From NCBI GenBank assembly GCA_051384485.1, contig JBPQHD010000014.1:126048-190047 (forward strand): a stretch of 64,000 nucleotides of DNA, written 5' to 3'. The notes below the pieces were generated by a model. It saw nothing but the letters and a program-made list of their open reading frames with translations. It was not told where the DNA came from and ran no database searches. Below are positions 19,362 to 27,624 of the stretch, piece after piece. How positions within the stretch are numbered: the stretch's first letter is position 1; every line of letters begins with the position of its first letter. The translations under genes and the position numbers were made by a program. This DNA is from Parachlamydiaceae bacterium (lineage in GTDB: Bacteria > Chlamydiota > Chlamydiia > Chlamydiales > Parachlamydiaceae).

Positions 19362-19847
19362 ATGGCAAGGTTATTAGTACGAGCTTTTTTAATTCTCTTT
19401 TCATTCGCTAGCTGTTCTTCGCTAACTCGAAATCCCGATATCATCAATGTAATTCCAAAGGATAAAAATGATTTACCGTCTCCTTTTCAAAAACACCCTC
19501 CCTGCGATCCGACTCCCTTTGAAACCTATGTCCATGAAAGTCAGCAATTGAACCAAAGGCAGCGTTATCAAGCTTACTTAAGCACCCTACTAGCAGATGC
19601 GATTAAAAAAATGGAGGGTATCCACCACGCCACGATTGAACTTGTAGACACGTCGGGATCCGATCAAGAATTACAAGCTAAAATTACCATCGTATATGAA
19701 GATCATCGGGACGAAGAACATTCCGGTCTTCTTATGCAAATTAAACGTTTAGCTGTGGCTATCATTCCTAATTTAAAAATGGAAAATGTCGTTATTATGT
19801 CCCATAAGCAAAACCCTAGCAGCTTAGCCGAACAGGTAAATAATTGA
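19362..19847 (+). CDS. Small lipoprotein with one SctJ/FliF-type ring-building motif (truncated SctJ paralogue)
   Basis: Lipobox LFSFASC. The C-terminal half, RYQAYLSTLLADAIKKMEGIHHATIEL...IKRLAVAIIPNLKMENVVIM, aligns by eye with SctJ RYQAGLAEQIASTIRKIDGVLDAEVQI...IKRLVAASVPGLDVDNVTVI. Confidence 0.6.
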   Translation: MARLLVRAFLILFSFASCSSLTRNPDIINVIPKDKNDLPSPFQKHPPCDPTPFETYVHESQQLNQRQRYQAYLSTLLADAIKKMEGIHHATIELVDTSGSDQELQAKITIVYEDHRDEEHSGLLMQIKRLAVAIIPNLKMENVVIMSHKQNPSSLAEQVNN

Positions 19848-20007
19848 TTTTCTTGACGACACTCTTATTGGGTTAATATTTACCTAAATGGTTTAGAATG
19901 CTAGCATCCAGTTTATAACATGCGATAAAAAGCGACTCTACTTCTAGCAAAGTGCTACCAAGTCTATAAGGAGTTTTTTAAGCTGTAACCCCTATCTTGA
20001 AAAAACT

Positions 20008-20979
20008 ATGAAACATCTTGTTAAAACGCTACTTCTGTTTACAATCCTGCTTTTTTCTAGCTGCGAATCAAGAAGGACCATTGTCAACGGTCTTGATGAA
20101 AGAGAAGCTAATGAAATTGTCGTCTTCCTATCCACACGCAACATCGATGCCTCTAAGGTACGCAGTACAGAAGGCACAGGAGGTGGCGGTCAGAAAGTTA
20201 TTTTATGGGATATCAGCGTAAGAAGTGACCAAGCGATTGAAGCGATGTCGCTCTTAAATCAAGCAGGGCTTCCCAGAAAACGAGGCCAGAATCTTCTAAG
20301 CATCTTTGCCAATGTCGGTCTTGTGCCCTCTGAGCTTCAAGAAAAAATCCGCTACCAAGCAGGTTTAGCAGAACAAATTGCAAGTACCATCAGAAAAATT
20401 GACGGTGTTCTAGATGCGGAAGTACAGATCTCTTTTCCTGAAGAAGACCCCCTGAATCCTGGAGCTACCAAAAAAGAGAAACCAACGGCTTCCGTCTACG
20501 TCAAACACTCGGGAGTACTAGACGACCCTAACTCCCACCTTATCTCTCGAATTAAAAGGCTTGTAGCAGCAAGCGTCCCCGGATTGGACGTTGACAATGT
20601 AACGGTTATTCCCGATCGAGCACGTTTTAGCGAATTAAATACAGGCATTTTGCAAACTGGTAACGAAGAGAGACATTATGTCGATGTGTGGAGTTTGATT
20701 ATTGCCAAAGAATCGCTAACGAGATTTCGCATTATCTTTTTCTCCTTCACCATTTTACTCTTATTACTCCTCCTCCTCCTCCTGTGGCTACTTTGGAAAC
20801 TTTACCCAATCCTCCGCTCGCATGGAGGGTTCAAAGAGCTGTTTTCTCTTAAACAGATGAGCGAGGGCATCGAAGAAAAAGAAGGTAAAAAGAAGGAAGA
20901 CGAAGAGGAGGAAAAAGCAGCAACTCAAAAAGAGACTGAAGATACGGACTTGGTTGATGAGGACATTGACGAAACCTAA
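20008..20979 (+). CDS. sctJ: T3SS inner-membrane ring lipoprotein SctJ (CdsJ/YscJ family)
   Basis: Lipobox LLFSSC, the YscJ-like sequence IVNGLDEREANEIVVFL, a C-terminal poly-Leu TM helix and an acidic tail. Position after lipA matches Chlamydia. Confidence 0.9.
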   Translation: MKHLVKTLLLFTILLFSSCESRRTIVNGLDEREANEIVVFLSTRNIDASKVRSTEGTGGGGQKVILWDISVRSDQAIEAMSLLNQAGLPRKRGQNLLSIFANVGLVPSELQEKIRYQAGLAEQIASTIRKIDGVLDAEVQISFPEEDPLNPGATKKEKPTASVYVKHSGVLDDPNSHLISRIKRLVAASVPGLDVDNVTVIPDRARFSELNTGILQTGNEERHYVDVWSLIIAKESLTRFRIIFFSFTILLLLLLLLLLWLLWKLYPILRSHGGFKELFSLKQMSEGIEEKEGKKKEDEEEEKAATQKETEDTDLVDEDIDET

Positions 20980-21845
20980 TGGCTGAAGATCTACCTTTAA
21001 AACAGCAAATTTATATTAAGGTGCTACTGAACCATTTTCACCCAGGAGAACAAGAAACACTCCTAAAAGGGCTTCCGGCTAACCAATCTCGTGAAATATC
21101 AGGACTTAATGTTGTAGCAAACGATCCTTCGATCATTTTTTTGCACCCAGCACAAGCCTTGATGTCCATTCACTATTCTTGGATTGCTCAAGAACTTGCT
21201 AAGCAGCCTCAAGCACTCCATGGATTTTTCTTAGCCTCACTTCTTGAACCACAAAGAACAGCTGTAGGCAAATACATCACCCAAACAAACGCTTTAAGCC
21301 TGCCACCTCTTTTAGCTGATTATTTCTGCCATCAGCTTTATATAGCTTTAGGCATGAAGGAACTTCTACCTCGAGAGTTCCTTCCTAATACCCCCGTGTT
21401 GCGTCTGTTAGACTTTTCAAAACCTAAACTTGTTAATCTTATTGATTTTTTCGGTCTTTACGATCTTGCAGAGGAAATTCGTACGATCGTGGATACTAAA
21501 AACTTAAAACATATCTATGCTTGCCTAACCCCTAAAAAACACCAATTTCTACGTCTATGCCTTCATCAGAAAGAGAGGCTAGTCGTTCCAAAGCTTCATT
21601 TAGAGAAATGGGATACCAGCTGCTCCGAACTTCATAAAAAGCTTCACAGGAGGGGTTTGGCGCGATTAGGCAAAGCGCTTTCCAATCAACACCACGATTT
21701 TCTCTGGTATTTATCCCATACATTGGACAGGGGTAGAGGACAAATTCTAATCGCTCAAGCAGCAACGAAAGAGTCGGAAAGTATTAATTCTATCCTTAAT
21801 AATCAGCTATTAAACCTCATTCATTTTCTTGAAGGATCCAAGTGA
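20979..21845 (+). CDS. Conserved T3SS-cluster protein of unknown function (occupies the sctK position)
   Basis: 288-aa ORF translationally coupled to sctJ (TAATG) and to sctL (GTGA). No recognised motif. Confidence 0.55.
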   Translation: MAEDLPLKQQIYIKVLLNHFHPGEQETLLKGLPANQSREISGLNVVANDPSIIFLHPAQALMSIHYSWIAQELAKQPQALHGFFLASLLEPQRTAVGKYITQTNALSLPPLLADYFCHQLYIALGMKELLPREFLPNTPVLRLLDFSKPKLVNLIDFFGLYDLAEEIRTIVDTKNLKHIYACLTPKKHQFLRLCLHQKERLVVPKLHLEKWDTSCSELHKKLHRRGLARLGKALSNQHHDFLWYLSHTLDRGRGQILIAQAATKESESINSILNNQLLNLIHFLEGSK

Positions 21846-22483
21846 AAAAAAAATTCTTTTCTCTCATTAATGGACAGTCCGTGCATATCGCTCCAAAAAC
21901 TAAAATCATTACCAAAGATGAAGTCTCAAAAATTGTCGAGGGAAGCGAGGTTCTAACTGCTATCAAGGAAGATGCCGAGCAATTTCGCAGACAAGTCATT
22001 GAGGAGGCAGAGAAAATTAAAGAAGAGGCTCAGGCGGAAGGCTATGAAGAAGGATTTAAGAATTGGGCTGAGCATGTGGCTAAATTAGAGCAAGAGATTA
22101 CCACTGTTCGCGCAGAGATGGAAAAATTGATCATCCCTGTCGCTTTAAAAGCTGCAAAAAAAATTGTGGGGCGCGAAATCGAACTTTCTGAGACTGTCAT
22201 TGTAGATATTGTTGCTAACTCTCTAAAAGCTGTCTCTACCCACAAAAAAATTACTGTTAACGTAAATAAAAAAGATTTAGAAATCCTAGAAAAACACAAA
22301 CAACCATTGAAAAGCCTATTCGAGAATCTAGAGGCTTTCTCAATCAAAGAAAGAGAGGATATTCAACCCGGTGGTTGTATTATTGAGACGGAGGGTGGCA
22401 TTATCAATGCACAGTTAGATAACTTATGGCGAACCTTAGAAAGAGCATTTGATATGCTCATGAAATCTAAACAAAAAGGTTAG
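21842..22483 (+). CDS. sctL: T3SS stator protein SctL (CdsL/YscL, FliH-like)
   Basis: 213 aa with a charged coiled N-terminal half and a FliH/YscL-like C-terminal half. Located directly upstream of sctR. Confidence 0.75.
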   Translation: MKKKFFSLINGQSVHIAPKTKIITKDEVSKIVEGSEVLTAIKEDAEQFRRQVIEEAEKIKEEAQAEGYEEGFKNWAEHVAKLEQEITTVRAEMEKLIIPVALKAAKKIVGREIELSETVIVDIVANSLKAVSTHKKITVNVNKKDLEILEKHKQPLKSLFENLEAFSIKEREDIQPGGCIIETEGGIINAQLDNLWRTLERAFDMLMKSKQKG

Positions 22484-22484
22484 T

Positions 22485-23366
22485 ATGTCTTTTGTTAAAA
22501 AAAGTCTTGTTTTTATCGTCATTAGTTCTCTTTTTTGGCTCAATCCCGAAGCTTTGTTCTCCCAAGATGATCCGATACAAGGAGGCCGAAACGTTCAATC
22601 CATTGACCGCTCTAAGGCTCCTATTAAGCCAGAAGATCTCCCCCCTAATGTTCGCTATCCACAAAGTGTTTTTACGAACGTTTTCGATACTTTTCAAAAT
22701 CCATCGTTAATTACGCAAGCAGCTGCCCTTGCATTTCTCTCCTTGCTGCCTTTTATCATCATGATTCTCACTTCTTTCATGAAGATCGTGATTGTTTTAT
22801 CGCTTTTGAGGAGTGCACTCGGGGTTCAACAAGCGCCACCTAATCAAATTATTAATGGTGTTGCCTTCATGCTTAGCCTATTCGTCATGTATCCAACTGC
22901 TTTAAAAATGTACGATAGCGCTCACCAAGTGGTAGCTCAAACACAGGTTCCTACATCTATTTTGGCACCAGAATCTTCATCTTACATCGTACAGGTCGGC
23001 ATGGCGGCAAGAGAGCCGCTAAGAGAGTTTTTAAAGAGAAATTCATTGGTCAAACATCAAGCTCTCTTTTATCGCATGGCTTTTCGGACGCTGCCCGAAG
23101 ACCATCGCGACCTTTTAAAGCCAGATGATTTTATGATCGTAGTGCCAGCCTACATCACCAGCCAGCTAAAAGACGCCTTTGAGATCGGCGTACTTATTTA
23201 CATCCCTTTCTTTGTCATCGATCTTGTCACCTCCAATATTTTGCTAGCCATGGGGATGATGATGCTGTCACCTGTGACTATTTCAATGCCTCTTAAGCTA
23301 TTCTTGCTTGTCATGCTCGATGGCTGGACGTTACTGATCGAGGGCCTTGTCGCAACCTTTAGGTAG
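22485..23366 (+). CDS. sctR: T3SS export apparatus protein SctR (FliP family)
   Basis: FliP-like motifs ...IVLSLLRSALGVQQAPPNQII.. and NILLAMGMMMLSP are present. Confidence 0.95.
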   Translation: MSFVKKSLVFIVISSLFWLNPEALFSQDDPIQGGRNVQSIDRSKAPIKPEDLPPNVRYPQSVFTNVFDTFQNPSLITQAAALAFLSLLPFIIMILTSFMKIVIVLSLLRSALGVQQAPPNQIINGVAFMLSLFVMYPTALKMYDSAHQVVAQTQVPTSILAPESSSYIVQVGMAAREPLREFLKRNSLVKHQALFYRMAFRTLPEDHRDLLKPDDFMIVVPAYITSQLKDAFEIGVLIYIPFFVIDLVTSNILLAMGMMMLSPVTISMPLKLFLLVMLDGWTLLIEGLVATFR

Positions 23367-23375
23367 GAGAGTTAT

Positions 23376-23654
23376 ATGTTTCAATCCCAAGTTGTACAGT
23401 TAGCTTATCAAGGGCTTCTTCTGATTTTGATTTTATCTGCTCCTCCCATATTGATCAGCCTCTTTTTTGGGATTATCGTGGCTATTTTCCAAGCAGCAAC
23501 GCAAATCCAAGAGCAGACGCTTTCATTTACTATTAAACTTGTCGCCGTCACCCTCACGTTAATGATTCTAGGGGGCTGGTTAGGTTCACAGATTATGAGC
23601 TTTTCTTTAAACATTTTTACTAACTTTCCAAAATGGAGTATTGGAAGCTCATAA
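23376..23654 (+). CDS. sctS: T3SS export apparatus protein SctS (FliQ family)
   Basis: 92-aa two-TM protein. IVAIFQAATQIQEQTLSF is typical of FliQ/YscS. AGGAGAG RBS. Confidence 0.9.
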   Translation: MFQSQVVQLAYQGLLLILILSAPPILISLFFGIIVAIFQAATQIQEQTLSFTIKLVAVTLTLMILGGWLGSQIMSFSLNIFTNFPKWSIGSS

Positions 23655-24512
23655 ATGGAGTTAGATTCAGGGTATGTCACTCTTTTTTTAAATAGCGCTT
23701 TTGCCAAAGGCGATTTTTTAGGCGCTCTAACACTAGTCATGCTTTTTCTTGGGCGTATGCTCCCCATTATCGCGCTATCTCCTTTTTTCGGTGCGCGTGT
23801 CCTTCCTCACCCTGTTAAAGTAGTATTTGCACTCACTTTGTTTGTTATCTTCCTTCCTAAGCTTTTAGAAGCAGCGACAACCCCAATTACATTTAATGTG
23901 ATGTCCCTGTTCTTGCTGGCTAAAGAGTTTTTTGTGGGATTTTGTATAGGCTACATCATCAGTCTCCCTTTTATCATCGTTCAGAATGCTGGCATCATCA
24001 TTGACCACCAAAGGGGAGGAGCTAGTTTGATGGTCAATGACCCCACCATCCAGAACCAATCTTCCCCAATGGGAACCTTATTTAACTTCGTACTCATCTA
24101 TCTTTTTTTTTTAATTAACGGTCCATTTCTTGTCATTGAGCTCATAGGCATGTCCTATGACATTATCCCCCCTGATCGCTTTATTAACCCTGATTTTTTT
24201 AATAAAGACACCGCTTTTTGGAAATTACAGATGGACGTTCTTAACCGCGTTATGGTCATTTCTATCCAGCTAGCCACACCAGCACTATTAATCATGCTTA
24301 TGACTGACCTATTCTTAGGGATTGCCAATCGGTTAGCCCCCCAGGTTCAAATTACCTTTTTAGGTATGGCCCTAAAATCCCTGCTCGGTCTTGGTATTGT
24401 CTGTTTAGGGTGGTATTTATTCCTAGAAGAGGTCAATCGCGACTCTTATCATTGGATTTACACGATCAAAGAGATGTTACATATGTTTAAACCTAGTATC
24501 AGTGCACAATAA
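23655..24512 (+). CDS. sctT: T3SS export apparatus protein SctT (FliR family)
   Basis: 285-aa polytopic protein immediately after sctS, with a FliR-like hydrophobic pattern. Confidence 0.9.
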   Translation: MELDSGYVTLFLNSAFAKGDFLGALTLVMLFLGRMLPIIALSPFFGARVLPHPVKVVFALTLFVIFLPKLLEAATTPITFNVMSLFLLAKEFFVGFCIGYIISLPFIIVQNAGIIIDHQRGGASLMVNDPTIQNQSSPMGTLFNFVLIYLFFLINGPFLVIELIGMSYDIIPPDRFINPDFFNKDTAFWKLQMDVLNRVMVISIQLATPALLIMLMTDLFLGIANRLAPQVQITFLGMALKSLLGLGIVCLGWYLFLEEVNRDSYHWIYTIKEMLHMFKPSISAQ

Positions 24513-24581
24513 AACTGAAAAATATTTAAATATGTTTTTTCATTTCCTTTCATTTACTTTACTTTAAGGACATGAGGGAAT

Positions 24582-24855
24582 ATGAGTATTAGGATCTATT
24601 GCCAATTGCACCACAGAAGCGATCTGTGGAATGGATACTCAAGCAGAAAAAAGTAAAAGAAGGGCTCTTTTTGCCATCGCAGCTCGTGTTTTTGCTGTTG
24701 CAGCCCTTAAGCTTCGCTTTCATAGAAGGAGTATTGATTGCATCGGGAGTAGGTTTAGTGCTTGGAGGTTTGGAGCTGGCGGATTTTGTTTCCCATCCTT
24801 GCTACTGTACCTGTTGCGACCTATTTATCTTATAAAAATGCTTATTACCACCTAA
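24582..24855 (+). pseudogene. Frameshifted tandem paralogue of the Inc-like gene at 25069-25458
   Basis: Nucleotide similarity to the 5' end of the intact copy (shared GTTGCCAATT... and ...GCTCTTTTTGCCATCGCAGC). The distance from ATG to that block is 82 nt here versus 87 nt in the intact copy. Homologous peptide pieces are split over frames: ALFAIAARVFAVAAL, then GVGLVLGGLELADF, then LLLYLL. Confidence 0.6.
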
Positions 24856-25068
24856 ATTAGCTTTAAGAATGTCGCTAAGAACTATAGGATGCTATTTTTA
24901 GCAAAGGCTATTTTGTACTTAAAGGTTGCCTTTTGTATCTTGCCCTGAATTGTTTGCTATAAGCCTTTGTTTTTATTGGTTCTACATACTTTGACTATTA
25001 GCCTTAAGTTTAAATTTTCATTTAACTCGCCTCTGTGCTATAAAAAAGAAAAAAATTAGGGGGTTTTT

Positions 25069-25458
25069 ATGAAAGTATTCCAATCTGTTGCCAATTTTAC
25101 CAAAGAAATTGCCACCGGAGTAGATGTTCAAGCAGCTAAAAGTAAAAAGAAAGGAGCTCTTTTTGCCATCGCAGCAAGCGTTATTGCTGTTGCAGTCGTT
25201 GCTTTAGCTGCCTTTACCGTCATCAGCACTTCTTTAGGTATCACTTCGATGCTGACAGGAGCAGGCCTGCTTATCGGAGGATTTCAAGTGGCCAATGCGG
25301 CTGCAAACGCTTTTTTGGTAACTGCTGCTGCTTACCTGCTTTATAATAGTATTAGAAGCGCCCATCATCACCTACATAACAAAACAACACAGATACCTAC
25401 AAATACGCTTTTATTCGAAAATCAAAGTCCAGCTGTTGCAGCAAGACAATCTACTTAG
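25069..25458 (+). CDS. Inc-like membrane protein (bilobed hydrophobic domain); candidate T3SS substrate
   Basis: 129 aa. An approximately 65-aa hydrophobic stretch, GALFAIAASVIAVAVVALAAFTVIS-TSLGITS-MLTGAGLLIGGFQVANAAANAFLVTAAAYLLY, is split by a short polar loop. GGGGG RBS. Confidence 0.6.
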   Translation: MKVFQSVANFTKEIATGVDVQAAKSKKKGALFAIAASVIAVAVVALAAFTVISTSLGITSMLTGAGLLIGGFQVANAAANAFLVTAAAYLLYNSIRSAHHHLHNKTTQIPTNTLLFENQSPAVAARQST

Positions 25459-26380
25459 CAGCAGCCTTCTGAATACGCTCATGGATTGTTTGCCATAACC
25501 CTTCTTGCGGGAACTGGCTATCAATCCAAGCGATCGCTTTGTTTTGCTGGTCCAGCTTTCTTAACAAGTGATAAAGAGACTGTGCGACTTTCTGGGGATC
25601 ATCACTAGATCCCCAATGCCACACCTCTACTCCTGGAGGGTAATCTCTATCTTCAAAACCTATAATTAATGAAGCGTCGTTAAAACAATTGGTTAAAACC
25701 AATTTTGCTTTTGGGGCATAATGCTTATACATTTGACCTGGACAAAGGGGCGCGGCCGTTGCTTGATAAATTGCATAGGGTGGAGCATAGGGTAGGACTT
25801 GGGTCAACTCTTCTCGCGAAAGAGCTCCTAAACGAGCAATCTGCCAAAGGTCTTCTTTAAAAATCAAAATTGTTGATTCGAGCCCTTTCGAACACCTTCC
25901 TCCATCGACAACAGGGAAATCTTCCCCAAAATCTTCTTCGACATGTTCATAGGCTGTTGAAGATGGTCTTCCTGAAAGGTTAGCAGATGGAATGACAAGA
26001 GGCCCGGCCAACCTTAAAATCGCTTGAGCAAAGGGGTGTTGAGGAAAACGAAAAGCCGCTGTAGGAAGTCCCGCTGATACTTGCTCAGGGATTTTTCCAG
26101 CAATGGTGTTAGTGATTAGTGTCAAGGGCCCAGGCCAAAAAGCATTCACCAAATCTTCTAGGTGGGGAGGAACGTCTGCAATATAGTCAAATATTGCCTT
26201 TTTGGAATAAAGGTGAACGATTAAAGGATTCTTTGGAGGCCTTTTTTTCAAATCAAAAATGGTGTGAACCGCTTGAGGAGAATGTAACGATGCCGCTAAG
26301 CCGTACACTGTTTCTGTGGGAATAGCAACAACCTTCCCTTCAGAAAGAAGTAACGCTGCTTGACAAATATCTACTTTCAT
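25451..26380 (-). CDS. tsaC: L-threonylcarbamoyladenylate synthase (Sua5/YwlC/TsaC family, with C-terminal Sua5 domain)
   Basis: PTETVYGLAA, KKRPPKNPLIVH and IPSANLSGRPS are present. Confidence 0.85.
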   Translation of the reverse strand: MKVDICQAALLLSEGKVVAIPTETVYGLAASLHSPQAVHTIFDLKKRPPKNPLIVHLYSKKAIFDYIADVPPHLEDLVNAFWPGPLTLITNTIAGKIPEQVSAGLPTAAFRFPQHPFAQAILRLAGPLVIPSANLSGRPSSTAYEHVEEDFGEDFPVVDGGRCSKGLESTILIFKEDLWQIARLGALSREELTQVLPYAPPYAIYQATAAPLCPGQMYKHYAPKAKLVLTNCFNDASLIIGFEDRDYPPGVEVWHWGSSDDPQKVAQSLYHLLRKLDQQNKAIAWIDSQFPQEGLWQTIHERIQKAAAK

Positions 26381-26384
26381 AAAA

Positions 26385-27614
26385 TTATGATGATTTTAAT
26401 TGAGCTATCACCTCTAAAAGAGCCAATTTAAAATGATCGATCTCTTCTTTCGTGTTATATAATCCAAAGGAAGCACGAGCTGTCCCAGGTACACCAAAAT
26501 GTCTCATAACAGGCTGAGCACAGTGATGCCCCGTTCTTACGGCTATTCCCTTTAAATCCAGTAAAGTACCAATATCTAGGGGATGAAGGCCTTGGATAAC
26601 AAAGCTGAGAATAGCTGCTTTCTCAGGTGCTTGGCCAATGACCTTAAAGCCTGGAATGTCTAAAACTCCTTGCGTCGCATACTGAATGAGCTCATGTTCC
26701 CACTCTCGGATAGCTTGCACTCCTATTTTATTTATGTAATCCAAAGCAGCGCCTAACCCGATAACTTCAGCAATCATCGGTGTTCCTGCTTCAAACTTTA
26801 AAGGTAAAGGAGCGTAGGTCGTTTTTTCAAAGAAGACGGTATCTATCATATCCCCCCCTCCCTGGTAAGGAGGCATTTGCTCCAACAGCTCTTCTTTACC
26901 ATAAAGAACACCAACACCAGTGGGACCATAAACCTTATGGCCGGAAAAAACATAAAAATCCACATCGAGGTCTTGGACGTCTATGGGCAAGTGTGGTGCC
27001 GCTTGAGCGCCATCGACCAAAATTTTAGCTCCTTTGGCATGCGCTAACTGTGCAATCTGTTTAATGGGATTGATTGTACCTAAGGAGTTAGAAATATGTG
27101 CAACGGCCACTATTTTCGTTTTATCAGTAAGCATTTTTTCCAGTGCGTCAAGATCTAGTGTGCCCTGATCAGTTATCGGAACCACCTTGAGCACTGCCTC
27201 CCTATCTTCACAGCAAAGTTGCCAAGGAACAATATTGGAGTGATGCTCCATTTCTGTGATGAGTACTTCATCCCCTTCCCTAATAAAGGCTTTTCCAAAA
27301 GAATAGGCAATCAGGTTAATAGACTCCGTTGTACCTCTTGTAAAAATCACTTCCTCTTTTTTTCTGGCATTAAGGAAAGATTGGGCCTTCGAACGAACAG
27401 CCAAATACGCCTCTGTTGCATAAAGAGACAACTCATAAACAGCTCGGTGAACCGTTCCGTAGTGCTCACGGTAGAATCGATCAATCGCACTAATAACAGG
27501 CAAAGGCTTCTGGGCTGTGGCAGCAGAATCGAGGTAGATCAAGGGCTTGCCGTGCATCGTTTTTTGAAGCATAGGGAAATCTTGCCTAAGCTTAAAAATC
27601 GTTTCTTTATCCAT
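26385..27614 (-). CDS. sufS: Cysteine desulfurase SufS
   Basis: PLP-Lys motif FSGHKVYGPTG and active-site motif RTGHHCAQP are present. Confidence 0.95.
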   Translation of the reverse strand: MDKETIFKLRQDFPMLQKTMHGKPLIYLDSAATAQKPLPVISAIDRFYREHYGTVHRAVYELSLYATEAYLAVRSKAQSFLNARKKEEVIFTRGTTESINLIAYSFGKAFIREGDEVLITEMEHHSNIVPWQLCCEDREAVLKVVPITDQGTLDLDALEKMLTDKTKIVAVAHISNSLGTINPIKQIAQLAHAKGAKILVDGAQAAPHLPIDVQDLDVDFYVFSGHKVYGPTGVGVLYGKEELLEQMPPYQGGGDMIDTVFFEKTTYAPLPLKFEAGTPMIAEVIGLGAALDYINKIGVQAIREWEHELIQYATQGVLDIPGFKVIGQAPEKAAILSFVIQGLHPLDIGTLLDLKGIAVRTGHHCAQPVMRHFGVPGTARASFGLYNTKEEIDHFKLALLEVIAQLKSS

Positions 27615-27624
27615 TAAAATACCG

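Noticed and set aside
24599-24855. Two overlapping ORFs (78 and 74 aa) listed downstream of sctT.
   Set aside because: They are different frames of a single frameshifted copy of the 25069-25458 gene, so I annotated them as one pseudogene rather than as two genes.
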